NCBI GenBank assembly: GCA_964036045.1
Contig: OZ038378.1
Coordinates: forward strand, 26,846,001 to 26,910,000
Direction of reading: 5' to 3'
Source: Eutreptiella sp. 'Long Island Sound 2002'
Taxonomy: Eukaryota > Protista > Euglenida
DNA: 64,000 nucleotides
A program made the translations under genes and the position numbers. Numbering within the stretch: position 1 is the first letter of the stretch; each line of letters begins with the position of its first letter. Shown in pieces: positions 37,701 to 49,700 of this stretch. The notes beneath the pieces are model-generated. The model was not told where the DNA came from and made no database searches. It worked only from the letters and a program-made list of their open reading frames with translations.

Positions 37701-40700
37701 GCAAAGCAAATCAATGTTTTGTTCGATGTCATTTTCAGATCAGCCGGCATTGCATGTAAGCACGGCTCCAAATATGATTAGTGCAAGCTAAAACTGCGCC
37801 ACATTGTGCAAGCCAGCAACCGCATGATATCCATCACCAGCAACTTCACAGCCTTCGTGGCGGATGTACAAAGTTATTTTGAGACCCGCTTGCAAGCTCA
37901 TATCTCCAAAGTGGGTGAATTCCCAGATCAAGAAAGAAAGGCGACAGCGGAGATCTTGAATTTGGGTGTCATTTGCGAAAGGCATTCATCTCTTGCAATT
38001 TGTTGCTAAATTTTGATCCATGTACAAAGTTTTGTGGGGTATACTGTTTGGGGTGACAAGCTTGGGGTTTCGTCTCCAAGTTGGCAGCACCTCATTTCAC
38101 GCTTGAATACATGCAAAATGCCGCATTGAAGGTTGGCAGCTCGGCAGTGCCTCAACAATAAAAGCAACAACATCGGGTGGTGGCAACGGCGATTGTTGTG
38201 GCCCTTGTGATGCTAGACATGCCAACAACACTCCAAATCATGTAGATGCTTTTAACCCCCCCCCCCCCCCCAATCACTCTGTCGGCCCAAATTTCAGCCA
38301 CCACAAAGCGAGGGTGCAGGCCGTGGGCTGGTTCCCCTTGGGGACCAGGAAACAGGGGAGCAGACCTTTTGCTGCCCCTACCTCCCCCAACAGAAATGGG
38401 GCCAGACCGAAAGCAGGCCCAGCACCCCCCCCCCCCCCCGCATGCCCTCGCACCCTCGCACTCACTGCAGGCCGTCACATGGGGATCAAGGTCCCTCCCC
38501 ACATGGACAGGGAGCAGACGCCGAACGACGAGTATGTTGGGATTTGGGACCCGCATGGTAACCCAGCAGGTGGTCCTCCTCTCCCAAACAAGTGAGCAGG
38601 TAGACCCAACCACCACTACCCCCCCCCCCCCCCCCCGCCTGCGCCCCCGACGGGAGGGGTGCACGGAGTCGGCGCCCTCAGGGCCCAAAAAGTGGAGGCT
38701 GTGCAGGGCTCACAGCTTGACCGCTGTGGGTATCCCTTGAGCGGCCTGCCCAGGGAACCTCCAGGTGTGCGCGTGCCCCTCCAACTTCATCACAGACGCC
38801 CAGGCCAGCACAGCCCCGTGCACTCCAGTTCAGTTGTGGGCGACCCCTGGAGGCCAGACAGCCACCTGCCGACCCCTGCCCCCCCCCCCCCCTTCCTTAC
38901 GGAGCGGTCACTCGGGTGGTGTGCCCTCTGGCCCCCCCCGTTTACGCGGGCAGTAGCACCGCCACCCAGGCCCCGAGCCCGGGCAGGCTCCAGGGCAGGG
39001 CAGCGCTCGGCGCGCCCCGGAGCCCCTCCCCATGCCGTCCCTCAGCCTTCGTGGCGGATGTACAAAGTTATTTTGAGACCCGCTTGCAAGCTCATATCTC
39101 CAAAGTAGGTGAATTCCCAGATCAAGAAAGAAAGGCGACAGCGGAGATCTTGAATTTGGGTGTCATTTGCGAAAGGCATTCATCTCTTGCAATTTGTTGC
39201 TAAATTTTGATCCATGTACAAAGTTTTGTGGGGTATACTGTTTGGGGTGACAAGCTTGGGGTTTCGTCTCCAATTTGGCAGCACCTCATTTCACGCTTGA
39301 ATACATGCAAAATGCCGCATTGAAGGTTGGCAGCTCGGCAGTGCCTCAACAATAAAAGCAACAACATCGGGTGGTGGCAACGGCGATTGTTGTGGCCCTT
39401 GTGATGCTAGACATGCCAACAACACTCCAAATCATGTAGATGCTTTTATCCCCCCCCCCCCCCCCCAATCAGGGGGGTCCCCAAGACAGCAAGGGGTATG
39501 TAGGTATTTCTATTCCTCCCCATTTTAGGCATTCAGAGATGGTAGGGAAGCAACTTTGATATCTCCCCATTTTTGGGGCTGTGAGATGAAAGGGGTGACA
39601 CATGCACCCTCAATAGTCCCCGCTTTGGGGCACGTTGGATGACATGACTTATGCATTCATTTTGATGTCTCCCCACATTGGGGCCTCTAGACAGCAGGGG
39701 TTGTGTTGCCTCTTTGATTGCTCCCCACCTTGGGGTCCCCGGTATGGCATGGGTTGCAAAGCCACTTGCATTTGTTGCCGCTCAGTGGTTGCCAAGATTG
39801 CAAGTGCTAGGTAGCCTTTGTTATCTCTCACCCAATGGGGGTCCCCCGTGATAGCAGGATTCGTATCGCCTCTTAATTTCACAAATTTGGGCTCCCGGAC
39901 AAGGTAGGGATTAGGTGGCCACTTTGAACCCTCCCCACTTCAAGGTCCATTGGGCTTTAGGGGTTATGTTGCCACTTTGATTGCTGGACATTTTGGGTCT
40001 CCGAGATTGTATGGGTTATGTATCCTTGTTCTCTCCACCCCGCTTTGGGACACCCAATACGGTAGGGGTTACATAGCCCTTTTCATTCCTCCCCATTATG
40101 AGGTGCCTATGATGGACACATTTAGGGGTTATGTAGCCACATTGAGTGGTCGCACTTTTCTTTACCAAGGACATTCTACCCTGTTTTGGATCCCGTGATT
40201 TCGTTTCATTGCATAGGGCACACGCCGTTAATGATGGTGTTTTTCATGGGCTTGGTGACGTTGTTTGAGTAGGGTTACACCCTTGGGTCTGTCCTCAGCG
40301 CCATATGGTCGATTGCGCACCTTGGCAACTTCACACTTCACAAGCTGAGCTTCCTGCACCGTCAATTCATGAACACAGTTATCTTAAGGCTTGAGCATCA
40401 TTGTGCCGTGATGTGGCTCTTCTCCGTGAGCTCTCATGTTTTGTCGTGGTGTACCTCACTATCCATGGAGGCTAATGTGCCCTTCATATGCTCCAGCAAT
40501 GTGTTTGCACACTCCTTGCCAAAGTGTCTAATAGCAAAAAGTCCGGAACACAATTCACTTGGCCATGCACCTCCATCAGCTGCTTCACACACACTATCTA
40601 GCCATTGCTATGTGTCATTTGCCAAAGCATCTCGAAAACCTTGGCTAATGATGCATCCCGGCAATGCACTAGGTGGTGAAGCTAAAGCAACCAATAGACC

Positions 40701-43700
40701 CTTGCCGCCAGCATGCACGTAAGGGTGCCGGAATCACCATGCTGACAAACATATGCTTCACCTAGTAGTGGTCACCACGGGTGATTACCATTAGGTTCCC
40801 AAAAGGGTGGCCCTTGTGCCACACCTTCATCAACAACATGTCCAGGGCGCTAATGAGTCAATCTATCTATTTGCCGTACTCGCCAATGAACAACACGTCT
40901 AGGTCTTGCAAGTAGTGACGAAGCTGCAGACAAGCACAAAGGCGATCCATTGCATACTCAACCATTCGTGAAGCCATGCAGCGGCTATCATCCTTGTGGA
41001 GCCGGGAAAGCACATGGACATGCATAACGCCCATCTTGACCCCCATGAACGCGATTGTCGAGGTGGCCTCCCACTTTAGGCCACACCCGTTGTCTTGCTG
41101 TCCTTCCAAGCAGGGTCTGATGTCTTGTACCCATGAAGGTCGCGGTGTGCACCAGCAAATCATCATTGTTATAAACGGCATCAAGCACATGGGCTGCCTC
41201 ACAGCACCTGATTGCCTTCCCGTGCAAACTCATGGTGGTGGCAGCAACAACCGCTTCAAACTCACGATTTGTAGTGCTTCTCATAGAAGTTGTTCTCAAG
41301 GATGGGGAGAAAAAAGTGCTCCTGGACAGTTGTTGGCAGGGCACACACTTGTAGTAAGTCGGGTACTGAATGAGGATCTTCCACCTACAGTAATACACAG
41401 TGCACTAGTGCCACCACTTGCCACGAATGCGGATTGGAGACGGGTGTGTGCCTCCGCAGCATGACACGGTGTAAAAGTGTGTTCATCCACCTATTTTCAG
41501 GGCACAGAAGACAACGGAATTGGGGATCCACCCCAAAAAGGCATACCAGGGCATCAACTGTAACATGTGATATCCACCCAGTGCCCAAGAACTGCCGTGT
41601 GCAAGAACCACCCCCTGGTTTGATGGCACTTTTCCTCACACTATTTTTTTTTCACACAGATTGGGTTTTCATGGCTGTGGCGTATGTAGGGCATCAATTG
41701 AGGCATGCAAGACGAAGTTTGATGTGCGTTACTTGACAATACATGCATTGGTCCATGTGTTTCACTGTGAGAAGTCAAAGAGAATAAATACATCCCATGG
41801 TACAATGCGCCAGAAGAACCTTTTCCGCGATACAGGGCTGCTCATGGCCATGCACAAGAATCACCCCCTGGTTTCACGGCACTTTTTGGCTTGAAAACAC
41901 TGCCCAACAACCAGCCGCTGGTCACACGGCAAAGCTGCTTCCTGGGCAAGGGAAGGGGGGTATTTTAATGTGTGATATTAAAGGGGGAGATGGCTGAATG
42001 CTGAATGGTTTGTTCGTGCCCCCTATTCCAGGCCAAGGAGATATTCAGCTCATTTCAATGGCTGGCATATAAAGTAAAGAGCGGATAGGCCCTTCCCTCA
42101 CAGGCACAGGGAGGTATGAAGTTTTGGTTGTTCTATTGTTTGGCCACATGCCATAGGCCCGCGAGCTCGGGGTGCTGCTCGAGCAGCGCTGGACCTCCCG
42201 TGCCGCGCTGCTGATGGGGCAGCTGCTGGACGAGACCATTGCCTGCGGCCTCAAGACGGCGCTGGTGGTGCGCCACGCGCAGTTCCTCGATCCCCGCTCG
42301 CTCTCGTTCCTGCGTGAGGCCATCAGCCGGCGCACCAACGGCGCCGGCCGCTTCGTCGTGTTCCTGACGGTGTACCCGCTCTACGGGGCCGCCACCCACA
42401 AGCGCATCGTGCAGCTGCTGTCTGGGAAGGGCTCGTCATTGACGCTGTACGAGCTGGAGACGCTGCCCGATGCGGAGCTTGCCGCGCTGATCGACCACCG
42501 CTTTGACTGGGCCGGCGTCAGCCCGGCCCTACGCGATTTAGTCATCTGCAAGTCCGGCCGGATCCCGAAGTGTGTGGACGCCGTAATCGCCATGATCCAA
42601 CGCCAGCGGCCGTACATCACTCAGCTCACGCCCGACGGCGTCGTGCATGTGCCGGCGGAGGGGGTGGACAAGATCCGGCAGATGTCGTGGCTGCATCGCA
42701 TCGACACACAATTCAGCATGTCCACGCTGCACCTGTACGACACTCTGCCGCCAGCGCACTCGACGGTGCTCTGCATAGTGGCGTGCATTGCCCCGCGGGC
42801 AGAGTGTGCCAAGTTTGGTATCGTGGCCGGCATTGCCCGGACGCTCATTGCGCAGACGGGCGCCACGATGAGCATGTCCGGCGTTTATGAGGAGCTCACC
42901 GATCTGCACCTCCTCAATATCACAGGCCACACACAAGATGCAAGCTGTGGTGTGTGTGTGTGGGGGGGGGGATGTTGGCTCGTGTATGTGTGTGTTGTGT
43001 TTGCTTGGCACTGCGTCTGTGATTGGTGTTACTCCTGCAGTTGAATGCAGTTGAACAGCTTGTGTGCTCCTTTTCGGTGTGACTGTGCTGTGTGGCAGCG
43101 CGATTGGTGTAGCGGCTGGCCTCTCGTAGAAATCGGCGGTGTCAGTGGGGCGTCACACCAGAGTGATACCTTGGTGAACCCCAGTTGCAGCCAGCCCTTA
43201 CTTGCTTTTGTGTGCCCTGTATCAGTGGCTGTGCGCTGGGATTTGATCCCCACGCAGTCTGATACTGTACTGTACGGACACAATGTGCACATGGTTCTTG
43301 ACGTTACTGTGTGTGTGTGTGTGTGTGTGTGCACGTTCGACCTGGATCCCAGGATACCTGTCACAGCATGGACGCTGATTTTTCCTCCGGTATGCATACT
43401 GCAGGGGCATACAGGTGCATGTTCTTGGCAAACCCCCCCATGTCCCTGTCCCTACCTCGAGGGCGACGATCTGGGTGGGATGGCCCATCACCACACACCT
43501 GCCGGGGCACCGCGATGCCTGCCCAACTGCTTTGTTCGAGCAGCTACGGTACGCCCATTGGACAGCGAGTTGGCAGAGCTCCTGGTGCAAGTAGTTTGTC
43601 GCCCAGGGCGCATTGCGGAGACCTTCCTGTAGGGCCTGGGGTTGTATGTCGCGGTGGTAGACCCTGGGCGGAAATCAATGGGCGGAGCCCATTGTAGACG

Positions 43701-46700
43701 TCCCAATTGGAGTGGGCGACCCCTCCATGCATACCTCTTCACTAGGTGGTACTCAAGGCCTGCTGCAACAAACCTTGTGTGTGGGTGCGGCAGAGGGCGG
43801 AAAGGAGGTTTACTTACAACAACACAGACGCTACACGCTACAGGCATAGAACCTGGGCCCTGCTGTCAGCTGTGCTTCTCTGGTAATGTTGCATGCTACA
43901 AGGGATGCCCCCCCCTCCCGCCACGTGCACCGTTTGTACTTCCACCGGGTGGGCACCTTCGTGGACGGTGTCCTGGATGCCACTAAATGATATTAGAGCC
44001 CGCCGCGTCGCAGGGCCTAGGCGAGCAGCCAGAAGTATGCTTCATGGTCAGAGGGGGCGCCTCAAGCGCAGTGCGCGCGCAGTGCAACTATTTGGGCGTT
44101 TGGCCGTACTTTGAGATACTAGGGGCCCCTAGGGGCATCATGGTGACCCCTAGCGTAGACTTTGACTTCTGATTTTGTTTCCTTTGTTGGGGACCCCCGA
44201 GAATGCAGGGGTGGGCCTTGGGCCTTGTAGGTGAAGCCTAGTGGTCTCCCACCTTAGGACCCCTATACTCAATTGTTTTACCTACTTATTGTGGGCCTAC
44301 CTTTTAACTGATTCAGTTGCTTGGCCATGCTGGCCAAGCCATATCCTGTGTCTGGCCCAACCTAGTTGCCCCAGATTCCTAACCAACTCCATTGCATGTC
44401 AAAGTGTGCACATGAAGTGCTTGGGACTATCCTTGAGGCCAGACTGCCGGACTCCCCAGAGGGCGCCACCTCTTGGACTCGTGTGTTGAGCAATAGGCCG
44501 CAGCCCTGCTTAGAGACCACACGTAGGGCGCTGCTGACGCCACCCAAAGAATTTTGGGTGTACAACGTGGCTGGAGACATTGGAGCTGTGAGGGGGTCTG
44601 CCCATTCGTAGACTGGCTGGTCCGGGCTTTGGATGTCCAATTAGCCATGTGGAGTATCCACACCCCAATTTTGCTCGTGTAGGTCTGGGCCACTTGCGGC
44701 AGAAGACTGATATGGGGTACGTCATTGCGCCATACACCATATGTGCTATGTGGCGTAGTATTGCAACATCTCACCTGCAAGAAAATTGTGGCTGGGATGT
44801 CAAGTTCTTGGTGGAGATTGAATCAAACATGCCGTGCTTTGGCGTTGGTGGTCAACTTTTGGGATGTCAAAAAAGTCATGCCGGGTTGGCCCCCAATAAC
44901 TGGTCCTAGCTCACGTGCACCGACATTTTTTTGCACTGACAAGTTGGCCACACACACTTCCGCAAAAGCTAAGCCAATGCATACCGGGCAGGAAGCATAC
45001 AAATGTTTGTATGTACAAGCAGAACATACACGTGCATCAACACAACAGGCACCGGTCTCCGATATTTGTTAGGGTCTCTTCATCAGATGCCAAAATCCTG
45101 GACCCACAAGGTGGCTCTGCAACGCACATGCCGGACAAGTATTGCAACCAGGAGCTAGACCCCTGCTCTAGCAGCTCTGCACTGAGTTCCGAAGGGCCAA
45201 CCTCCATGAGAAGAACACAACGGAGCAGCGGGTGGCGCGGTACATTCCCACGCCTCATGGCTCATCCCTCCTAGCACCACAGCGGCATGATTTAGTTCCA
45301 GTATAGACAGGCACACATGGTGAAGCATCCAGCCACCGTGGTCCAACGCACACGGAGCCGGTGGATCGGCCACCCCGTGAAACATTGGAACGCGGTCAAG
45401 GCATGTTTTTGTGCTACCGGAAGCTGGAGCATAACGAAAGATTTCGGGATCACAGTCACCCAAAAGGTACCGTGGATTGTTGAGGCTCACCATATGCTCA
45501 AATCGCTCTGCTCCCCGATGTGCCCCCTAGCGTGCCCGTGCACCCAGGCCTCCTGCGAACACTTTCTTTTGCCACTGGACGCCGACTAAGCGGCATGAGG
45601 CGCGGCAGGAGACGAAGACAAGCAAGGTGCGCGTGGAAGGGGCATAGCACAAAGAAGGAGCCGAGGAGAAGAGAAGCGAGCCCGAAGACGGGCCGTGGTA
45701 TTATTAAGCCGGCTTCGTTGAGGCAAACCGTTGATAGGGGCACTCCCCTCCGATCATTAGGTGCACTCAAGCGAGGGAGTGTCGCCGCATGGCAGGCAGA
45801 GGGGGCCCCAAGGGTTGAGGTTCAACCTCTCGGTCGAACTACATAGGAAAGGGGCAAGGGAACTTGCAATGTTACAGTGACTAGAACGCCAGAAGACACA
45901 GTGAAACAACCAACGCTCACTAATGTGCACTGTGTGCTTACGATAGTTCTCTGGAGTCTACGGTGCTGCGCGGTAGACCACACCCCCACACTTAGCCTAA
46001 GTTTGTACCCTCTCCTGCCCCAGGCTTGCAGGGAGGGGTTCCCATAGTTGGCGTCAGTCCACGTCCACACTCGCTTGCCGGGTGCGCCCGGTTGGTGCGC
46101 TGAGGGGGTGGGGGGCGGCGAGTGACCATGCGCTCGCTCATTTTCGTCCAACGGCTGTTGAGCAGTGGCCGACGGCGATTGGAGGGTAACTGAATGCGGT
46201 CGGACGGCAGTCAATTGCGGTTGGAGGGCAACCGAAGGTGGTTAGACAGCACCCATGGCGCTTGAGAAGGTTGTTTTGGACACTCGCAAAAAGGCTCCTC
46301 GGGGAAAAAAGGAGAAGAAGAAAGGACTGGGTTGGAGAGCAGCACCATCGGCAGTGGGTGGCCAGCGGTGTGACCACTGTGACAAGAGCCCACCCTTATG
46401 GTGCTCTCCATGACCACAGTTGCCCCCTTTCCTACACCACGCGACCATCTTTGCTGCTAGGTAATGGCAACGGCGGACGAGGCTGAAACCGGCTCTGAAG
46501 CAAAAAGCGATTGCTGAACGGCACGTACAACATTGGCTTTGCCCGTGATAATGAATATTTGTTGTGTGGGCTGGAAATTTGTTGCGGTCGCGCTGACAAA
46601 CGGTGCAGGCAACTGTGTACTACACAACTATGCCCTCTGGATATTTTGCACCCAATTCTTCTCTTGGAAGTCCCCGGCCAGCCAAGATATCCGAAACGTG

Positions 46701-49700
46701 ATATTGTGTTTCATGGAGGTAGCCTCGGCGGTTCAACACCTTCTGTTGCCTGGCTATTGGGACTTTTAAATACATTGAAGTGTCCGGGAACGCTGCAGAA
46801 ACGATCCACACATGGACATGTGAAACCAATATTGCCTATCTACATGTTCGTGTGACACCGAACCAATTCAATGCATGCTACTTGGAGAGAGATTGGTTCG
46901 GAAGATGCCCCGGGTCACATGAAGAGACCTAGACCCGGCCCACGGAGAGAGTGCATATGGAGAGATATCCCGGGTCCAATGAGAGCAAATCCATGGTGAG
47001 ATGGTCCTATCCCAAGGAGGGGTAGTCCTGCCTCAAAGAGAGATTGTCATGCCCCAATCCAGGCCTTGAGAGAGATGGTCCCGCCCAAGTCCATGCTCTG
47101 CTCTGGGAGAGAGACCCTCAGCACTCCATGCCCTAAGAGAGAACCTCACCAATCCATGCCCTAAGAGAGAGAACCTCACCAGAACCCAATCCAGAGAGCA
47201 TGCATGTGGAGAGAGAATTTCACCTAGCCATGACCTAGGAGAGCATGCATGCACTTGAAGTGAGAATCTCTGACATTGATTGAGGATTATCCCTGCACCC
47301 AATTGCCAAATCAAATGAGCTATCCTCATGCCATACTGCATGTTGACAAGAGAGGGATAGTGGATCACCAACCATGTTTGACCAGTGATATGAAATCATC
47401 ATTAAGACACATCCCGGATGTCAATGAAGAAAGATGGCAACACACAAATGAGAGGTTAGCATCAAAGGCATAAGTGGAATTCTCCACCTTTAGCATGTCC
47501 ACGCACTGCACGTGCACACAACATGTTCAACACACGCCGTCTCCAAGGATTGACCCTCTTTAATTCAATCGGGGTCCCAATCATGTGGAGGAGGAAACGG
47601 CTAATTATGAGTAGAAATTGGGTTGCCTTCTGGCGCGAAGTAAGACACGGTGTGGTGTAAGATGCCGTCAAGGCCGGCCTCAGATGTTTCGCGGGAACCC
47701 AAACGTCGATTGGCATCGACCTCCGGGACAATTGTCTTGGCTCAGATGAACATTGCAACGCACTTGGGGATCTCTTTAATTGCCTCGTTGGGTTGAATGC
47801 AGCCCCTATCTTGAACAGCATCTGCATCAACATGGCAATGATGGACGCAAAGGGGCACAACCTAGGGATTCTCAAAGGTGGTGCAAAATGTGCTCGCACG
47901 GCGAGCTTTGGAGCTCAACCTTGCAGGCTACCGCCTTCTTGCGCGCCAGAGACCTGCTTCCTTTGGATTCGTCTAAAAGTCTAGGGCGACCACTTGATAT
48001 TTGGCACAACGTCAAAGAGTTAGAGGTGCTGCATGGCTTCATATCCCTTGACGCACTGTACTTGAACGTTTCCGGAACTGCAAGGCCTCTCAAACTCAGC
48101 CTACTAAGGCGCAGCAATATCAAGTCGGTGCATCCGGTAGTAAAGCGCCAGAACCCTTGCTCACAATTCTAGCTTGTCCTGTTGTGTGCCTGCCCTGTGT
48201 CTTACCCCACCTAAGGCGCCGCATGCACACCAACACAAGCTTTGGCATAGTCGTCCACTTCGGAACCTTTGCATCCTTGCCTTGCGCGGTGGCTATGCCG
48301 CTAATGGCGGCACTATAGGGGGACTTGGGCTCCATAGCAGACCTCCGGAGGCAGCCCCGCTTTCCAATCCTCCTACCGCTTCATTTGCTTACCACCCTAA
48401 CGGCGTTCCTATGACAACTCTTTGTTTTTCACCACCCGCCATGCCCGCGCTACTTGCTGCCCTTACTCACCTGCCGGGCTATTCTCTATATCCGCTTGAG
48501 CGTAGGACGGTTATGCGCTTGTATTCCCTGCTGTGTGACTACACATCAGATGTTTCTCTACCGGCACTACCAGCGGCCATGAGAGCACTGGGGGTCATCA
48601 CTACCCAAACCCCCATGCATCTCTGTGATTCTTGGCAATGGGTGGCTGTGGAAGGAGAGTTGTGTGTGGTCATCGACTGACAAGCGACCTTCACCATGAA
48701 TGGTGTGCTCCTCACCATCACCGCGGACATCAAGACGCCCAGAGGCGTGCACATCATCTCTCACTATCTTGTCGCTATCGCACCATCCTTGCCTTTGTTA
48801 GTCTTCGCCCAAACAGCGGATGCTAGCTCGCGGGAGATGCTCTTGCGTTGGAATCCCGGTGGCTATATGGCAACGCTCTCTGAGCCCGACTCCGGCAATT
48901 ATCCGGGCTCGCAGACGCGGATCAGAAACTGGAATTTCGGGGCACGCAGTACTCCAACCTCTTCCCTTACTCTATCTCCCAGCGACTTCCACCGCAATTG
49001 CGCACCCCGTGGGCTAAGTGGCACAAGAACGATGCGCCCGGGTAGTGAGCCACCCTTGTCGACATGCCAACTCGTCCCCTCAACGTTCCGCACGTTTCCC
49101 TCACATCTTGCACCAGCTTTGCCCGTGAGTTTTGTGGTGAGCGGCTAATCTAGTGGCCACCCCTCAACAAAAGTTTCCAGCAGGCCCCCCTACCCATGTC
49201 AAAGTGCAGTGTGTACCCGCAAAGCAAGCGCCGCGAGTTCTTGAGGCTTCTATTGCGTCGATCCGGGAAGAATATCTGGTCGGCCAATTTTGGATTTGAT
49301 TTCCTTGCCGTCGGCGCCGCCGTCGGTCGTGGCATTGCATTTGGTGTCTGGGTTACGAGATCCTATGGCCCCGTGCACCCTACAAGAGCTCATCCGTACT
49401 CCCCATGTCCCCGAACTGTCTTTGGCGGCTTGGACTGATCAGCAAGCTCAAGATTCACTGCCGGACTGCCTCAGCTCCGACATGCACATGTGCGGTTTTA
49501 CTCCAGACAATGGTGCGGGCATCCCTGCCGAGGGGTCTGTTGTGCGGTCTACCAAAGAGGTACCAAGGAAGCTGACTGAGGGCCACTTTGCACAAATAGA
49601 TCTATTGTGTCGGTTTGAGGAGGCGTCCCCCAAGAACACCGCTCGGGGTACCAGCGCACAGTTGTAGCGTTTGATGGAGGAACACCGCCAAGTACGCCAA

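Noticed and set aside
37806-38009. GVICERH as a KDZ-transposase CxRH motif
   Set aside because: A single short motif without the expected downstream D/E pattern; insufficient.
35685-40145. CRISPR-like reading of the conserved-core/variable-spacer array
   Set aside because: The cores are degenerate, the spacers resemble one another, there are no cas genes, and the context is a eukaryotic intron. It is a minisatellite.
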